From Aureliella sp. (lineage in GTDB: Bacteria > Planctomycetota > Planctomycetia > Pirellulales > Pirellulaceae), in NCBI GenBank assembly GCA_963691875.1, contig OY829846.1, forward strand, positions 1,632,001-1,696,000: a DNA stretch of 64,000 bases, read 5' to 3'. Under the pieces are notes generated by a model. It ran no database searches. It saw nothing but the letters and a program-made list of their open reading frames with translations, and was not told where the DNA came from. This document shows positions 53,585 to 64,000 of this stretch, in pieces. How positions within the stretch are numbered: the stretch's first letter is position 1; each line of letters opens with the position of its first letter. Made by a program: the position numbers and the translations under genes.

Positions 53585-56500
53585 ATGGCTACGGTAGAAA
53601 GTAAAAAGACTGGCGATTACGTCCAATTGGATGGTGAAACATACTTTCGCATCGAAAACAGTCATGCGATGCCAGAATTCTTCATGTCGCTGGTTGGCTC
53701 GAGCGACCACTGGATGTTCGTCTCCAGTAGTGGAGCTGTTACGGCTGGCCGACGGGATCCTGATGCGGCACTGTTCCCCTATTCGGCCGACGATCAACTG
53801 ACCGTCTCACGGCTGGCTGCAGGTCCAATCACTCTAATCCGCGATACCGCTTCAGGAAGTTTATGGGAGCCGTTTCGCGAAGAACAGCCCCAAGATGTAA
53901 CGCGCAACCTCTACAAAACGCCACTTGGGAATAAACTTGTTTTCGAAGAGTTTCACCAGCAACAGCAAATCAGTTTCCGATATCGCTGGACCTTCAGCGG
54001 ACGATTCGGTTTTGTGCGAACCTGCCATATTGAAAACCATAGCCAAATTCCCCGTGACCTCGAGCTACTGGACGGGCTGCAGAACATTTTGCCCTATGGC
54101 GTGAGCAGCGATTTCATGATGCGTTTTAGCAATCTTGCAAACGCCTATAAAAAGAACGAACTGCTGGCAGAGTCGCAGCTTGGCCTTTATTACATGAGTT
54201 CCATTCCCACGGATTGTGCCGAACCGAGTGAAGGACTCAAGACTTCGGTCGCTTGGCAGACCGGATTATCGCCAGATGCGATTTTGCTTTCGACTCAACA
54301 ACTTGGCAAGTTTCGTGCAGGTTCAGTACTCGCTTCGGAGGACGACGTCCGGGGCAAGACCGGAGCTTTCTTGGTACAGCAGCCTGTACATTTGCCGCCG
54401 GGTGCCCCCTTACAATGGCACATTGTCGCCGATGTCGAAAAAGATCACGCCGAAGTTGTAGAGCTGGACGATTTGCTGACTGGTTCCGCAGAACTCAATT
54501 TGGCCATTTCAGAGGATATTGCTACGGGCGAGCGAGCACTCCTCAGGATCGCCTCCTCGGCTGATGCAATCCAATGCACCCGCAATTCACGTCGAACCAA
54601 TCGCCATCTGGCCAATACGATTTTCAACGTCATGCGTGGCGGGATTCCAGTCGCCGACTACACGATCGACGTAGATGATTTTCGTGAGCATGTCTCCAAG
54701 TTCAATATGCGTGTGGCCGCGGATTGCTCTGGACTTCTCGGTCGTTTGGCCCCCGAACTTACTTTTACCGAACTGCAAAGAGAGCTAGCGAAATCACAGA
54801 ATGCAGACCTGATTCGGCTGGGGATGGAGTACTTGCCTCTCGCCTTCAGTCGCCGACACGGCGATCCGACTCGTCCTTGGAATCGTTTTGCAATCGAGTT
54901 GCGAACCGAGTCTGGGCGCACGAATCTGAACTATCAAGGCAACTGGCGGGATATCTTTCAAAACTGGGAAGCACTCGCCGTATCCTTTCCTGAGTTTTCC
55001 ACCGCAATGATCAGCCGTTTTGTTAACGCAACAACCGCTGATGGATACAACCCGTACCGTGTGACCAAAGATGGATTCGAGTGGGAAGAGCCGACACCAG
55101 ATGATCCTTGGGCAAACATTGGATATTGGGGCGATCATCAGATCATCTATCTGCTCAAGCTACTGGAGTGGAACCAAAGGATATCGCCAGATACCCTCAA
55201 CGCTTTGCTCGACTCAAGAGCCTTTGTTCATGCCAATGTGCCTTATCGCATCAAGCCCATTGAGGACATTAAGAAGAATCCACAGTCGACAATCCTGTTT
55301 GACAAAGAGCTTTCTGAATCGATCGCGTCACGCGTCGGAGAACTCGGCAGTGATGGAAAACTGATTACGAATCAGAACGGAGAAATACATCGCATTTCGC
55401 TGTTGGAGAAACTTTTGACCTTATCACTTGCCAAGCTCTCCAACTTCGTTCCTGACGGTGGCATCTGGCTAAACACGCAGCGACCTGAGTGGAATGATGC
55501 GAACAACGCCTTGGTTGGCAACGGTTTATCGATGGTAACCGCTTGCTATTTGTATCGCTGGTTTAGATTCCTGGAAGGCTTGGTCGAAGGGCTTGAGCCA
55601 GAAAGTTTTGAGGTAACTGAAGATCTGCATGCCTTCCTATTACGCGTGTCTGAAGTCTTGTCAGTAAACCTCCCCGATCCAGCGAATAGGCTCAGCCCTG
55701 CGGATCGCGCATTGGTGGTCGAACAACTTGCTGGGGCTGGCAGCGACTACCGCAAGAGGATCTATGACAATCCGCCAAACGGCAACACACAAAAGGTCAC
55801 TCGCGGCGAGTGTCTAGGATTCATCCGAGACGCCCAGATGCATCTTGAAGTGACTATTCGCAATAACCGCCGCCAAGACGGCCTGTACCATTCGTACAAT
55901 TTGTTGCGTCTTTGCGACGACGACGCGGTGCTCGAGCCGCTGTACGAGATGCTTGAGGGGCAAGTAGCGGCGCTGAGCTCTGGGCTACTTGACGCGGAAG
56001 AGGCTGTGTCCTTGTTGGATGCAATGCGAAAAAGCAATTTGTATCGCGAGAACCAAGACAGCTACATGTTGTATCCCGACCGGCAGTTGCCACGATTCAT
56101 GGAGAAGAATCAGATCCCGGCGGAAGTTGTCGAAGGTAGCCAGCTTTTGCAAAAACTGCTTGAGCATAACGAAACGGCAATCTTATGCAGGAACATGCGA
56201 GGCGGTTTTCACTTCAATGGCTCCTTCCGAAACGCTGCAGACTTGAATGCTGCTTTGGATAAGCTGCCTTCGAATTATCGAGATTTGGTAGCTGCTGAAA
56301 GAGCAGCCTTGGCGCAAGCGTTCGAAAAGCTGTTTGCTCATAGACAGTTTACGGGACGTTCTGGTACGTTCTTCGCCTACGAGGGACTTGGTTCCATCTA
56401 CTGGCACATGGTTTCGAAACTTGGTCTGGCCGTTGCCGAAAACTACCTCGCTGCCAGTGACAACGACGTGGACCCAGCGACCGCTTCGGCGCTCAAGGAG

Positions 56501-56995
56501 CACTTCCAGGCGGTAAGACTTGGGGTTGGAGCAGAAAAGACACCATCGCAGTACGGCGGCTTTCCAACAGATCCGTACTCGCACACCCCCGAAAACGCTG
56601 GAGTCAAGCAACCTGGGATGACGGGGCAGGTGAAAGAAGATTTTCTTTCGCGTTTTTCTGAGCTCGGTGTGTCGTACGATGCAGGATGTATTAGCTTCCG
56701 GACGGACCTTCTTGATCTAGCCGAACTGCTTGAGCAAGATGAGCAAATGGAGTTTTTCAATCTAAAGGGAGAGCTCGATGCTTTCACGGTACCAACTGGA
56801 GCCATTGCTTTCACGCTTTGCCAGGTACCCGTGGTCTATCACTCAGGGTCCGCAGATCGGATTGAGCTTCTGCTGAGTGATGGATCAGCTGTTTCTCTAG
56901 CTGGCTGCCGACTGGACAGGGATATGACCTCGAAAGTTTTTTCTCGTGGAGGCGAGATTCAGCGAATCAACTGCTATTTTTCCTCGCTCAGCTAA
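53585..56995 (+). CDS. Beta-1,3-glucan phosphorylase, GH149-like
   Basis: 1136 aa, no signal peptide; LPLAFSRRHGDPTRPWNRF, YQGNWRDIFQNWEAL, YEGLGSIYWHMVSKL, TDPYSHTP...QPGMTGQVKED motifs recalled for GH149. Confidence 0.8.
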   Translation: MATVESKKTGDYVQLDGETYFRIENSHAMPEFFMSLVGSSDHWMFVSSSGAVTAGRRDPDAALFPYSADDQLTVSRLAAGPITLIRDTASGSLWEPFREEQPQDVTRNLYKTPLGNKLVFEEFHQQQQISFRYRWTFSGRFGFVRTCHIENHSQIPRDLELLDGLQNILPYGVSSDFMMRFSNLANAYKKNELLAESQLGLYYMSSIPTDCAEPSEGLKTSVAWQTGLSPDAILLSTQQLGKFRAGSVLASEDDVRGKTGAFLVQQPVHLPPGAPLQWHIVADVEKDHAEVVELDDLLTGSAELNLAISEDIATGERALLRIASSADAIQCTRNSRRTNRHLANTIFNVMRGGIPVADYTIDVDDFREHVSKFNMRVAADCSGLLGRLAPELTFTELQRELAKSQNADLIRLGMEYLPLAFSRRHGDPTRPWNRFAIELRTESGRTNLNYQGNWRDIFQNWEALAVSFPEFSTAMISRFVNATTADGYNPYRVTKDGFEWEEPTPDDPWANIGYWGDHQIIYLLKLLEWNQRISPDTLNALLDSRAFVHANVPYRIKPIEDIKKNPQSTILFDKELSESIASRVGELGSDGKLITNQNGEIHRISLLEKLLTLSLAKLSNFVPDGGIWLNTQRPEWNDANNALVGNGLSMVTACYLYRWFRFLEGLVEGLEPESFEVTEDLHAFLLRVSEVLSVNLPDPANRLSPADRALVVEQLAGAGSDYRKRIYDNPPNGNTQKVTRGECLGFIRDAQMHLEVTIRNNRRQDGLYHSYNLLRLCDDDAVLEPLYEMLEGQVAALSSGLLDAEEAVSLLDAMRKSNLYRENQDSYMLYPDRQLPRFMEKNQIPAEVVEGSQLLQKLLEHNETAILCRNMRGGFHFNGSFRNAADLNAALDKLPSNYRDLVAAERAALAQAFEKLFAHRQFTGRSGTFFAYEGLGSIYWHMVSKLGLAVAENYLAASDNDVDPATASALKEHFQAVRLGVGAEKTPSQYGGFPTDPYSHTPENAGVKQPGMTGQVKEDFLSRFSELGVSYDAGCISFRTDLLDLAELLEQDEQMEFFNLKGELDAFTVPTGAIAFTLCQVPVVYHSGSADRIELLLSDGSAVSLAGCRLDRDMTSKVFSRGGEIQRINCYFSSLS

Positions 56996-57052
56996 TTTCC
57001 AATCAGCAATTCCCCAATTCAAACCTTTGAATATCTCGAGATCAAAGAGCAC

Positions 57053-58858
57053 ATGATGCGAATTCTCAAGCTTGCGAATCTTTTGCTTCTCAGTTGCTTT
57101 GTTGTGCAAATAAGCGAATTGCGGGCGCAATCAAAAGTGACGCTATCGAAGAACGAAGCTGGCTTTCAGCTAGTTCGCAACGGCCAGCCGTTTTCGGTCA
57201 AAGGCGTTGGCTGCGAAGGTTGTTTTGACAACTTGCCTGATGCCGGTGGCAATTCGATTCGCACTTGGGCCTCGCAAAATCTCGGCGAAGTGCTCGACAA
57301 AGCTCATAAGCATGGCCTTACTGTTTGCGCTGGCCTGTGGATGGGGCATCAGAGACACGGCTTCGACTACCAGAACCAAGAGGCCGTATTACAGCAACTT
57401 GATGAAAAGCTGGCCATCGTTCGCAAGCACAAGGACCATCCCGCTCTGTTGCTGTGGGGCGTCGGGAACGAAATGGAAGGCGAAGGCCGCGATCCCTCGG
57501 TTTGGTATGCGGTCAACCACTTGGCACGGGAAATCAAACGCATCGATCCCAACCATCCAACCATGACAGTCATTGCTGAACTGGGGGCGAGCGAATCCAA
57601 GGTTGAGAGCATCGAACGTTTTTGTCCCGATGTAGACATCGTCGGTATCAACGCCTACGGCGGAATTGAATCAGTCGGCAAACGCTTTCGCGAAGCAGGC
57701 GGAACAAAACCTTACATCGTAACTGAGCATGGCCCCCTTGGCCCATGGGAAGTCGGCAAGACCTCTTGGGGTTCGCCGCTTGAGTGGACAAGCACCGAGA
57801 AGGCAGCTTGGTACGCAAAGGGCTATCGCTTGAACGCAGTGGCGAATGCTGACCTATGTCTTGGTACTTACGCTTTTCTGTGGGGCCACAAACAAGAAAC
57901 TTCGGCAACTTGGTTTGGCATGTTGTTGCCTGATGGAACAAAGTTGGGGGCCGTCGATTCATTGAGTCGAATGTGGACCGGCAAGGCACTTGAGAACCTA
58001 TGTCCAGAGATTACGAAGTTGCACGTCAGTCGTGGCACAACCATCAAGCCAGGAGGTAGCTTCGAGGCTACTGTGTCGGCAAGCGACCCTGAGGACGACA
58101 AGCTTCGGTATGTCTGGGTGTTGCGTTCCGATGCAGGGACGATTGGAGAAGGTGGTGACCCTCAGGAGCAGGAATCTCAATTCAAGAATGCGGTTCGTGG
58201 AACTGGAAGCAAAGTAACTGTCACGATGCCCGAAGGTGGTGGCGGTTATCGACTCTTCGCGTATGTATATGACGATCAGGGCGGCGCTGCAGTGGCCAAT
58301 GTCTCTGTGCGCGTCAATGCACCTATCGAGCTCAAGCAGGAGATGGCTGCTTCGAAATTGCCATACGCTGTCTACGGAGAGTCAGAGCAATCGGTTTTCA
58401 TACCGAGCGGATACATGGGGAATGCAGAAGCGATCACGATGGATCTGAATTGTTCCGAGGATCCGTACAGTGGAAAAACATGTCTCAAAGCGTCCTATAA
58501 AGCTGGAGCTTCTTGGGGTGGAGTTCTTTGGCAGTCCCCAGCAGAAGACTGGGACGGCAAGCTACCCGGTGGTGCCAATCTCATGGGAGCCACACACCTG
58601 GAGTTTTGGGCTCGAGGCGATGTGGGCGGCGAAACCGTCAACTTTGTCTTTGGTGTCCTCGACGGGAATCAGCCATATCGCGATACCGCAAAGGGCGAGA
58701 TGAAAGATGTCGTGCTGACGGAGAAATGGAAACTGTACCGTCTCCCACTGGAAAGCCTCGATCTTCGGCAGATCAAAACCGGCTTCGGATGGTCACTTGC
58801 CGGTCAAGGAAAACCCGTCACGTTCTACCTGGACAACATCCGCTATGTCACAGATTAG
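57053..58858 (+). CDS. Exported clan GH-A (GH2-like TIM barrel; GH157/GH158-type) putative endo-beta-1,3-glucanase with Ig-like and C-terminal CBM-like domains
   Basis: Signal peptide; GGNSIRTW, HPALLLWGVGNE (acid/base Glu), YIVTEHG (nucleophile Glu); C-terminal WGGVLWQ...LEFWARG...FYLDNI jelly-roll. Confidence 0.75.
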   Translation: MMRILKLANLLLLSCFVVQISELRAQSKVTLSKNEAGFQLVRNGQPFSVKGVGCEGCFDNLPDAGGNSIRTWASQNLGEVLDKAHKHGLTVCAGLWMGHQRHGFDYQNQEAVLQQLDEKLAIVRKHKDHPALLLWGVGNEMEGEGRDPSVWYAVNHLAREIKRIDPNHPTMTVIAELGASESKVESIERFCPDVDIVGINAYGGIESVGKRFREAGGTKPYIVTEHGPLGPWEVGKTSWGSPLEWTSTEKAAWYAKGYRLNAVANADLCLGTYAFLWGHKQETSATWFGMLLPDGTKLGAVDSLSRMWTGKALENLCPEITKLHVSRGTTIKPGGSFEATVSASDPEDDKLRYVWVLRSDAGTIGEGGDPQEQESQFKNAVRGTGSKVTVTMPEGGGGYRLFAYVYDDQGGAAVANVSVRVNAPIELKQEMAASKLPYAVYGESEQSVFIPSGYMGNAEAITMDLNCSEDPYSGKTCLKASYKAGASWGGVLWQSPAEDWDGKLPGGANLMGATHLEFWARGDVGGETVNFVFGVLDGNQPYRDTAKGEMKDVVLTEKWKLYRLPLESLDLRQIKTGFGWSLAGQGKPVTFYLDNIRYVTD

Positions 58859-59301
58859 CGAGGTGAAGAACATAGCTTCAGACCCGAGGGATGGACCACT
58901 GCAGAACACGGTGGCTTCAAACATGAAAACTGACGAGTCCTCCAAAGGCTTTTCACTTCGGATTGCGGCAGCCAGCTTCAAACACATGCGCGATACGAAT
59001 TGACGCGAGCTGTCGTAGCTCTCCACGCTTCGCCCAAACGTCCGGTAAAAGTGTCACTCAAATTTGTCGGAGATGATCGGCTATTCGATGCGCCTTTACC
59101 CGGGTCCAATTTTCAAATGCGATGGTAATTTCGGCGAGTGCGGTAGCATTACCTACCCAAGGCTTTCTCCAGGGTTTTCGGATATTAGTAGACTGAGTAG
59201 TACTTGGTCCTGCTCGAAGACTTGAGTCTACTGAACAAGTCGATTTGTTCTTCTTGCGATAATTGATCCCTGATTATTAGTGCTCTACATCGGAGTCCTC
59301 G

Positions 59302-60765
59302 ATGCTTACCCTGGCCCGACTACCCTGCCTCGGCCTCTTGCTCGGCATGACGTTGATCGTCAACAACGCTTGTCTCGCAGAGAGCAGCAAGCCGAACATC
59401 ATCTACTTAATGCTGGATGAATGGGGCTACTTTGAGTCGGGACACATGGGGCACAGGGAATTGTTGACTCCGAATATCGATGCTTTTGCGCGGCAAGGCA
59501 TGCGTTTCACAAGAGCTTATGCGGGAGCGCCAGTCTGTGGGCCAACTCGTTGCGTTCTGATGACTGGCCTGCACACTGGGCACACTTCGATGCGAGTCAA
59601 CGACGGTGCATCGCCCATTCGTGCAGACGAGCCTACTTTGGCAAGCATGCTTAGCGAGCAAGGATATGCGACCGGCGGTTTTGGCAAGTGGGGTATAGGT
59701 GCTCGTGGGACTTCCGGCGTACCCGAGAAGCATGGCTTTGATGAGTTCTTTGGCTACTACGACCAAGTGCACGCACACACTTTCTATCCCAGGTATTTGA
59801 TTCGAAACAGCCAAGAAGTCGCCCTCCCCGGTAACAAAGGCGAAAGCTTTTATGAAGGTAATACGCACGCGCAGAATGTGATATTCGAAGAGTCCTTGAA
59901 GTTCATTCGCGAGAACAGCGAGCGACCGTTCTTTTGCTATCTGCCTTGGACGCGACCGCATGGCTTGTGGGGCATTGATGAGGGCGATCCTTCTTGGGAG
60001 CTGTTCAAAGACAAGCCCTGGCGAGTGGGCCAAAGGACGGATCGTGACGCACGAGTCTACGGGGCATTCATGCACAAAGTCGATCGCCAATTGGGAGCGA
60101 TTCTGAAACTCCTTCGTGAACTTGAGATTGACGACAACACCCTTGTTTTTCTTTCTGGCGACAACGGAGGGCAGGACTACTTCAAGACGGAAGAGCGGCC
60201 GCATGGCTTTTTCGCCCCGAACTGGAACCCCCAAACAGGCGAGCGATTTCGAGCTGGAAAGGGCTCATTGTACGAAGGTGGTTTGCGTGTTCCGTTCTTG
60301 GTTCGGTGGCCAGGAAAAGTTGACGCCGGCAGCGTTTCTGATCACTTGCTGTGTTTCCAAGACTTGATGCCAACCTTGGCCAAGCTAAGTGGCGCAAGCT
60401 GCCCAAGAACCGATGGGATCTCCTTCGCGCCGACTTTGTTGGGAAAGTCAGGTCAGAAGAATCACGACTACCTCTACTGGGAATACCGGGGGCAACGAGC
60501 AGTACGAAAAGGTAGGTGGAAGGCGTATCAGAACAAGCAGGCGGCTTGGGAGCTATACGATTTATCGAAGGACATCGAAGAACAGGAGGATCTAGCTGAA
60601 AACACGCCACAAGTTGTTGCCGAGCTCACGGAACTAGCTGAAGAAGCTCATGAGGTTCCGCGACTAGGCGTTACTTACGACACCGAGGTTCGAGTAAAGG
60701 ACCACATTGAAGCTCCGCACCCGAGGAATCTGGAACTAAGGAGACAGAGTGCGGCTTCAAAATGA
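59302..60765 (+). CDS. Arylsulfatase (S1)
   Basis: PNIIYLMLDEWG, CGPTRCVLMTG, GKWG, LSGDNG, LYEGGLRVP. Confidence 0.92.
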   Translation: MLTLARLPCLGLLLGMTLIVNNACLAESSKPNIIYLMLDEWGYFESGHMGHRELLTPNIDAFARQGMRFTRAYAGAPVCGPTRCVLMTGLHTGHTSMRVNDGASPIRADEPTLASMLSEQGYATGGFGKWGIGARGTSGVPEKHGFDEFFGYYDQVHAHTFYPRYLIRNSQEVALPGNKGESFYEGNTHAQNVIFEESLKFIRENSERPFFCYLPWTRPHGLWGIDEGDPSWELFKDKPWRVGQRTDRDARVYGAFMHKVDRQLGAILKLLRELEIDDNTLVFLSGDNGGQDYFKTEERPHGFFAPNWNPQTGERFRAGKGSLYEGGLRVPFLVRWPGKVDAGSVSDHLLCFQDLMPTLAKLSGASCPRTDGISFAPTLLGKSGQKNHDYLYWEYRGQRAVRKGRWKAYQNKQAAWELYDLSKDIEEQEDLAENTPQVVAELTELAEEAHEVPRLGVTYDTEVRVKDHIEAPHPRNLELRRQSAASK

Positions 60766-60871
60766 ACTGTAAAGTTACGGTTATCCCGCCTCGTTTCGCC
60801 GGATCAAGAACTCGCAAAAAATCTTTTCTGACAGGGCTAGACGCCAAGTGGGTTATCGAGTCTATTTTTGC

Positions 60872-60945
<74 letters not shown>

Positions 60946-61488
60946 CTCAAACCCTGCGGTCGCATGTAGCTAGTGATGGTGGGGTTTTTTCATGCGTCGG
61001 CAGAGACACTGGACCGCTTATCCCCCAGGTTTTCAAAGGGTTTGCGACGATGGTTGGGTGTGAAGAGTCTCTCCGGTGAAGTCGCGCGCGACCCGGTCTA
61101 TTCACACGCTTGGTCCGCTGACGCCCGATTTCTAGCCCAAGCTCTCGGCCCTCTCTCTGTGTCTCAACTCCGCTGGGTTAACAGGAGTTGCTCTCGCTCT
61201 TTCGGTCCCAGCCTACCGGGGTTGGCCTCGGAGTGGGGAAGATAACGCGAAAGTGCTTCAAGAGAGGATGTGCCGAGAAATCGTACTCAGGTCGACGGCT
61301 TGCTATCCGATTTCCGGGCACCTTTGTAGCACGTGGAAAACGAATTGCCTCGCGTTCATTACCTGCAGAGAACGGCTTGGGGGTGTGATCAAGTCGGATC
61401 GCCGCGCTGCTTCGTCAATTGCAACAGAGCGGGGAAGATACTCCAGCCGCCACCTAAACGACCAGGCTGCCGCTGAACTTCAAAATAG

Positions 61489-62342
61489 TCAATCCAAATC
61501 TCGAATCGTCAATTGCTTGATCCGGTACGAGTACAACCAGTTGTGAGGGCAATTCTCGCCTGCTCGCGATATGGATGGCATAACCGTTAATGACTGTCCG
61601 TCACATATGCTGCTCCAAATGGATCGCTCACGAAGCCCGGGTCGAAGTATCGACTGGCGGGAGGCAGTGGCGGGGAGAGATCGCATTGAACCCTCCACCG
61701 TCCCTCGGTCAAGGTGCCCGCATCAATCCAAGCGAGTTGAATATAGTCCGAGATAAAGCTGGGACAGACCGATGAGTGCGGGTGTCCAGGCCGAATGATC
61801 CAAAAGCGATTTCGGGTTTCATCGAACAGAAAATCGCCACCATTATTGGTCAGATCGGCCTCGCCGTTACGCTGTGTTAGTCCATTCGTTGTAACTTGCT
61901 GTTCTCCGCCGAATTTCGGTTGCTGGGCTTCGCTAAGGTCAACCTCCTGGAAAAACGTCGCTGTTCTTGTTCGATCACCTCGAGTATAAAATAGGGTGAC
62001 TCGACCTCCTCCTTGAGTGCGATTACAGACGGACGGTTGGCCGACTCCCAACGTACCTGGTTCCCTGGAGCGGATGAGCGGATTGCCGCCAACTTTGAAC
62101 CACGGCCCCTCAAGTTTCTGCGATACGGCAACGCCAATCTGATTCGTACCACCATCCTCGATTTCCTTATCGAGCCCTAGGTAGAACAATGCGTATTGAA
62201 ACGTCTCTTCATTTTCAAAATCGGGAGGTCGGTAGCGAAACTCTCCGGCAACGACTGCGGGATCGCAAACGTGTCGGAGGTCACCATCCTGTTCAAGCCA
62301 TCCTCGGCACTTCCAAAAATTGACCGTACCTCCCACATCCAA
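61489..62342 (-). pseudogene. Truncated/frameshifted beta-propeller glycoside-hydrolase-like gene
   Basis: HVCDPAVV, YALFYLG, NQIGVAVS..LEGPW, GVGQPSV blade motifs; no clear N-terminus; likely C-terminus (WLYSYRI) is in another frame after about 61600. Confidence 0.5.
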
Positions 62343-62869
62343 AATTGACAGAGGTCTAGTGAGCCTAGATTGAAGCTATTCAAAATAAGAAAAACGACGT
62401 GAGCGAAATCGATTCGAAAGCGACTTTTCGTCTTCGACCCGAGCTAGTCTTTTTAGTACACCCACTGATGGCCCCTCTCAGCAACAAACACTCATAGATC
62501 TGCTTACAATGGAACCGACAACAAGAACTTCAGTTGAACACGCGTATTAAATAACAACCGCACAGACTGCCATTGAAACTTAAACCTTCCTGTACGCAGT
62601 AGATCTAACAATACTTCTTAGAAACGATACTGCGAAATCAACCCGGACATTTTGGACAGATGTATGAGATTTGAAAATGTTCTCGTCATTTTCAATCATT
62701 TATCTTTCCCCTCACCCTAAAAAATGTGTATGGGTAGGTGATCTTTTAATCATGAACACATGTCACACACAGTTATCGGCAGACATCGGATGTTCTTTCG
62801 GCCGTAATCAAAAGTTGACATTGAATACCAAGCACTCTTTCGTTCAAATGGTAAAATGAGAGACAACTC

Positions 62870-63673
62870 ATGAAACACAAGATCAACTTAGCACCACTAA
62901 AACTGGTTACGTCATCCACTAAGGATCTTGTAAATGGCATTCTCCAAAACGCGTCTACGCGTAAAGGAGTTATGTACACGTATGCCAACGCCGACACGTT
63001 ACTGCGGGCATCGACATGTCCACGCTTCAGAGCAGCAATTGAAAACGCAAATTTTTGCTACGCCGACGGCTGGGGAGCAGTGCTCCATTCGAGACTAGTT
63101 TTTGGGAACCAAATTCCCAAGAGCTCGACTGATGACTTCTTTGCGAATCTTATATCTCAAGGAATTAACCGTGATCTGCGGATTGCCTTCGTTGGAAGTC
63201 GGTCGGATACGACCGTCAGAGCCCGAAACCACCTCGCCGCCCAAGTTAACGGTTCAAATCCTTTAGCAACGGCAATAAGATACCGCGAACAAATTTTTTG
63301 TCAGAGCGGATACTTTAATAGTGAAGCGGACGAGCATTCATATTTAGATATTCTTGAAAAATTTAATCCGGCACTCGCGGTCGTGGGAATGGGGCAGCCA
63401 ATTCAAGAGATTTGGGCCGACAGAACGCGCTGTCGATTTCCCAATACCACTTTTCTCTGTGTTGGCGGCCTTTTTGATCTTGTTGCTAAGAATATTCCAA
63501 CTCCGCCTTCCTGGATTCGGCGTTACGGATTGGAATGGTGCTTTCGGCTTGCGACCAAACCCAAGTACACCTGGAGACGATATCTTCTAGGACTTCCAGC
63601 CCTCGCAGCTATTAGTTGCGCTCAAGCATGCAATACTCAAATCCTAAATGCTGAAGAAGGTATTAAAGGATGA
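62870..63673 (+). CDS. WecB/TagA/CpsF family glycosyltransferase (GT26)
   Basis: YANAD, YADGWG, VGMGQPIQEIW, VGGLFD, PPSWIRRYGLEWCFRL..P...WRRYL. Confidence 0.92.
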   Translation: MKHKINLAPLKLVTSSTKDLVNGILQNASTRKGVMYTYANADTLLRASTCPRFRAAIENANFCYADGWGAVLHSRLVFGNQIPKSSTDDFFANLISQGINRDLRIAFVGSRSDTTVRARNHLAAQVNGSNPLATAIRYREQIFCQSGYFNSEADEHSYLDILEKFNPALAVVGMGQPIQEIWADRTRCRFPNTTFLCVGGLFDLVAKNIPTPPSWIRRYGLEWCFRLATKPKYTWRRYLLGLPALAAISCAQACNTQILNAEEGIKG

Positions 63674-64000
63674 CGAGGGAAGATGAATCGTACGAACATC
63701 CATTACCATCAATCTCGGTAGTTATTCCAGTCAGAGATCGATGGATGGAACTGGAGACTCTTCTTCAATCGCTACTTACTCAAGAGGCTCCTCCCGTATT
63801 TGACGTCACGATCGTCAATGACGGCAGCACGTCTGCACTCCCCACTTCCACCCGTTACCTCATAGATGCACTGACCGCACAATTAATTAAAACCCCTGCC
63901 TTAGGTATCTCCGCCGCACGGAACATTGGGGTTCGATCGTCCAAGGGAGAAGTAATCGCGTTCATTGATTCTGACTGCATCCCCGCCAGCGACTATCTCT
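63670..64000 (+). CDS. GT2 family glycosyltransferase (3'-truncated by window edge)
   Basis: ATGA overlap with the upstream stop; SISVVIPVRD, IVNDGST, GISAARNIG, IAFIDSDC; absent from the ORF track because it is incomplete. Confidence 0.9.
   Translation, partial: MTREDESYEHPLPSISVVIPVRDRWMELETLLQSLLTQEAPPVFDVTIVNDGSTSALPTSTRYLIDALTAQLIKTPALGISAARNIGVRSSKGEVIAFIDSDCIPASDYL

Noticed and set aside
59407..60234. 275-aa minus-strand ORF
   Set aside because: Lies entirely antisense to a clear sulfatase gene and has no motif.

Overview
64 kb of a moderate-GC bacterial chromosome, almost certainly a planctomycete (Pirellulaceae-like). The assignment rests on a DUF1592/DUF1552 pair, a DUF1559 prepilin-like gene, DUF1573, a YTV-repeat Cys-rich protein and five sulfatases. 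Housekeeping genes include truB, a threonine synthase-family gene, an HtrA/Do protease, rex and a Mn/Zn/Fe ABC permease fused to a DtxR-like domain. There are three tRNAs (Ile2-CAT, Gln-TTG, fMet-like CAT). A tyrosine integrase abuts tRNA-Gln and marks a probable accessory island. The main finding lies in that accessory region: two ORFs (46644-46940 and 46941-48005) are one reading frame split by a single UGA in a Cys-UGA motif (…DDERC-U-VFASAAREVVF…). A SECIS-like hairpin starts 11 nt after the UGA, and the segment resembles the redox motif of eukaryotic selenoprotein N. This is a candidate exported bacterial SelN-like selenoprotein that ORF callers split in two. Also present are a LacI-regulated beta-1,3-glucan (laminarin) phosphorolysis locus (GPH transporter, GH149-like phosphorylase, clan GH-A glucanase with a CBM-like domain, neighbouring DUF2490 barrel), REP-like repeat families, several pseudogenes and an AT-richer glycosyltransferase region at the right end. 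All family assignments come from motif recognition by eye, not from database searches.
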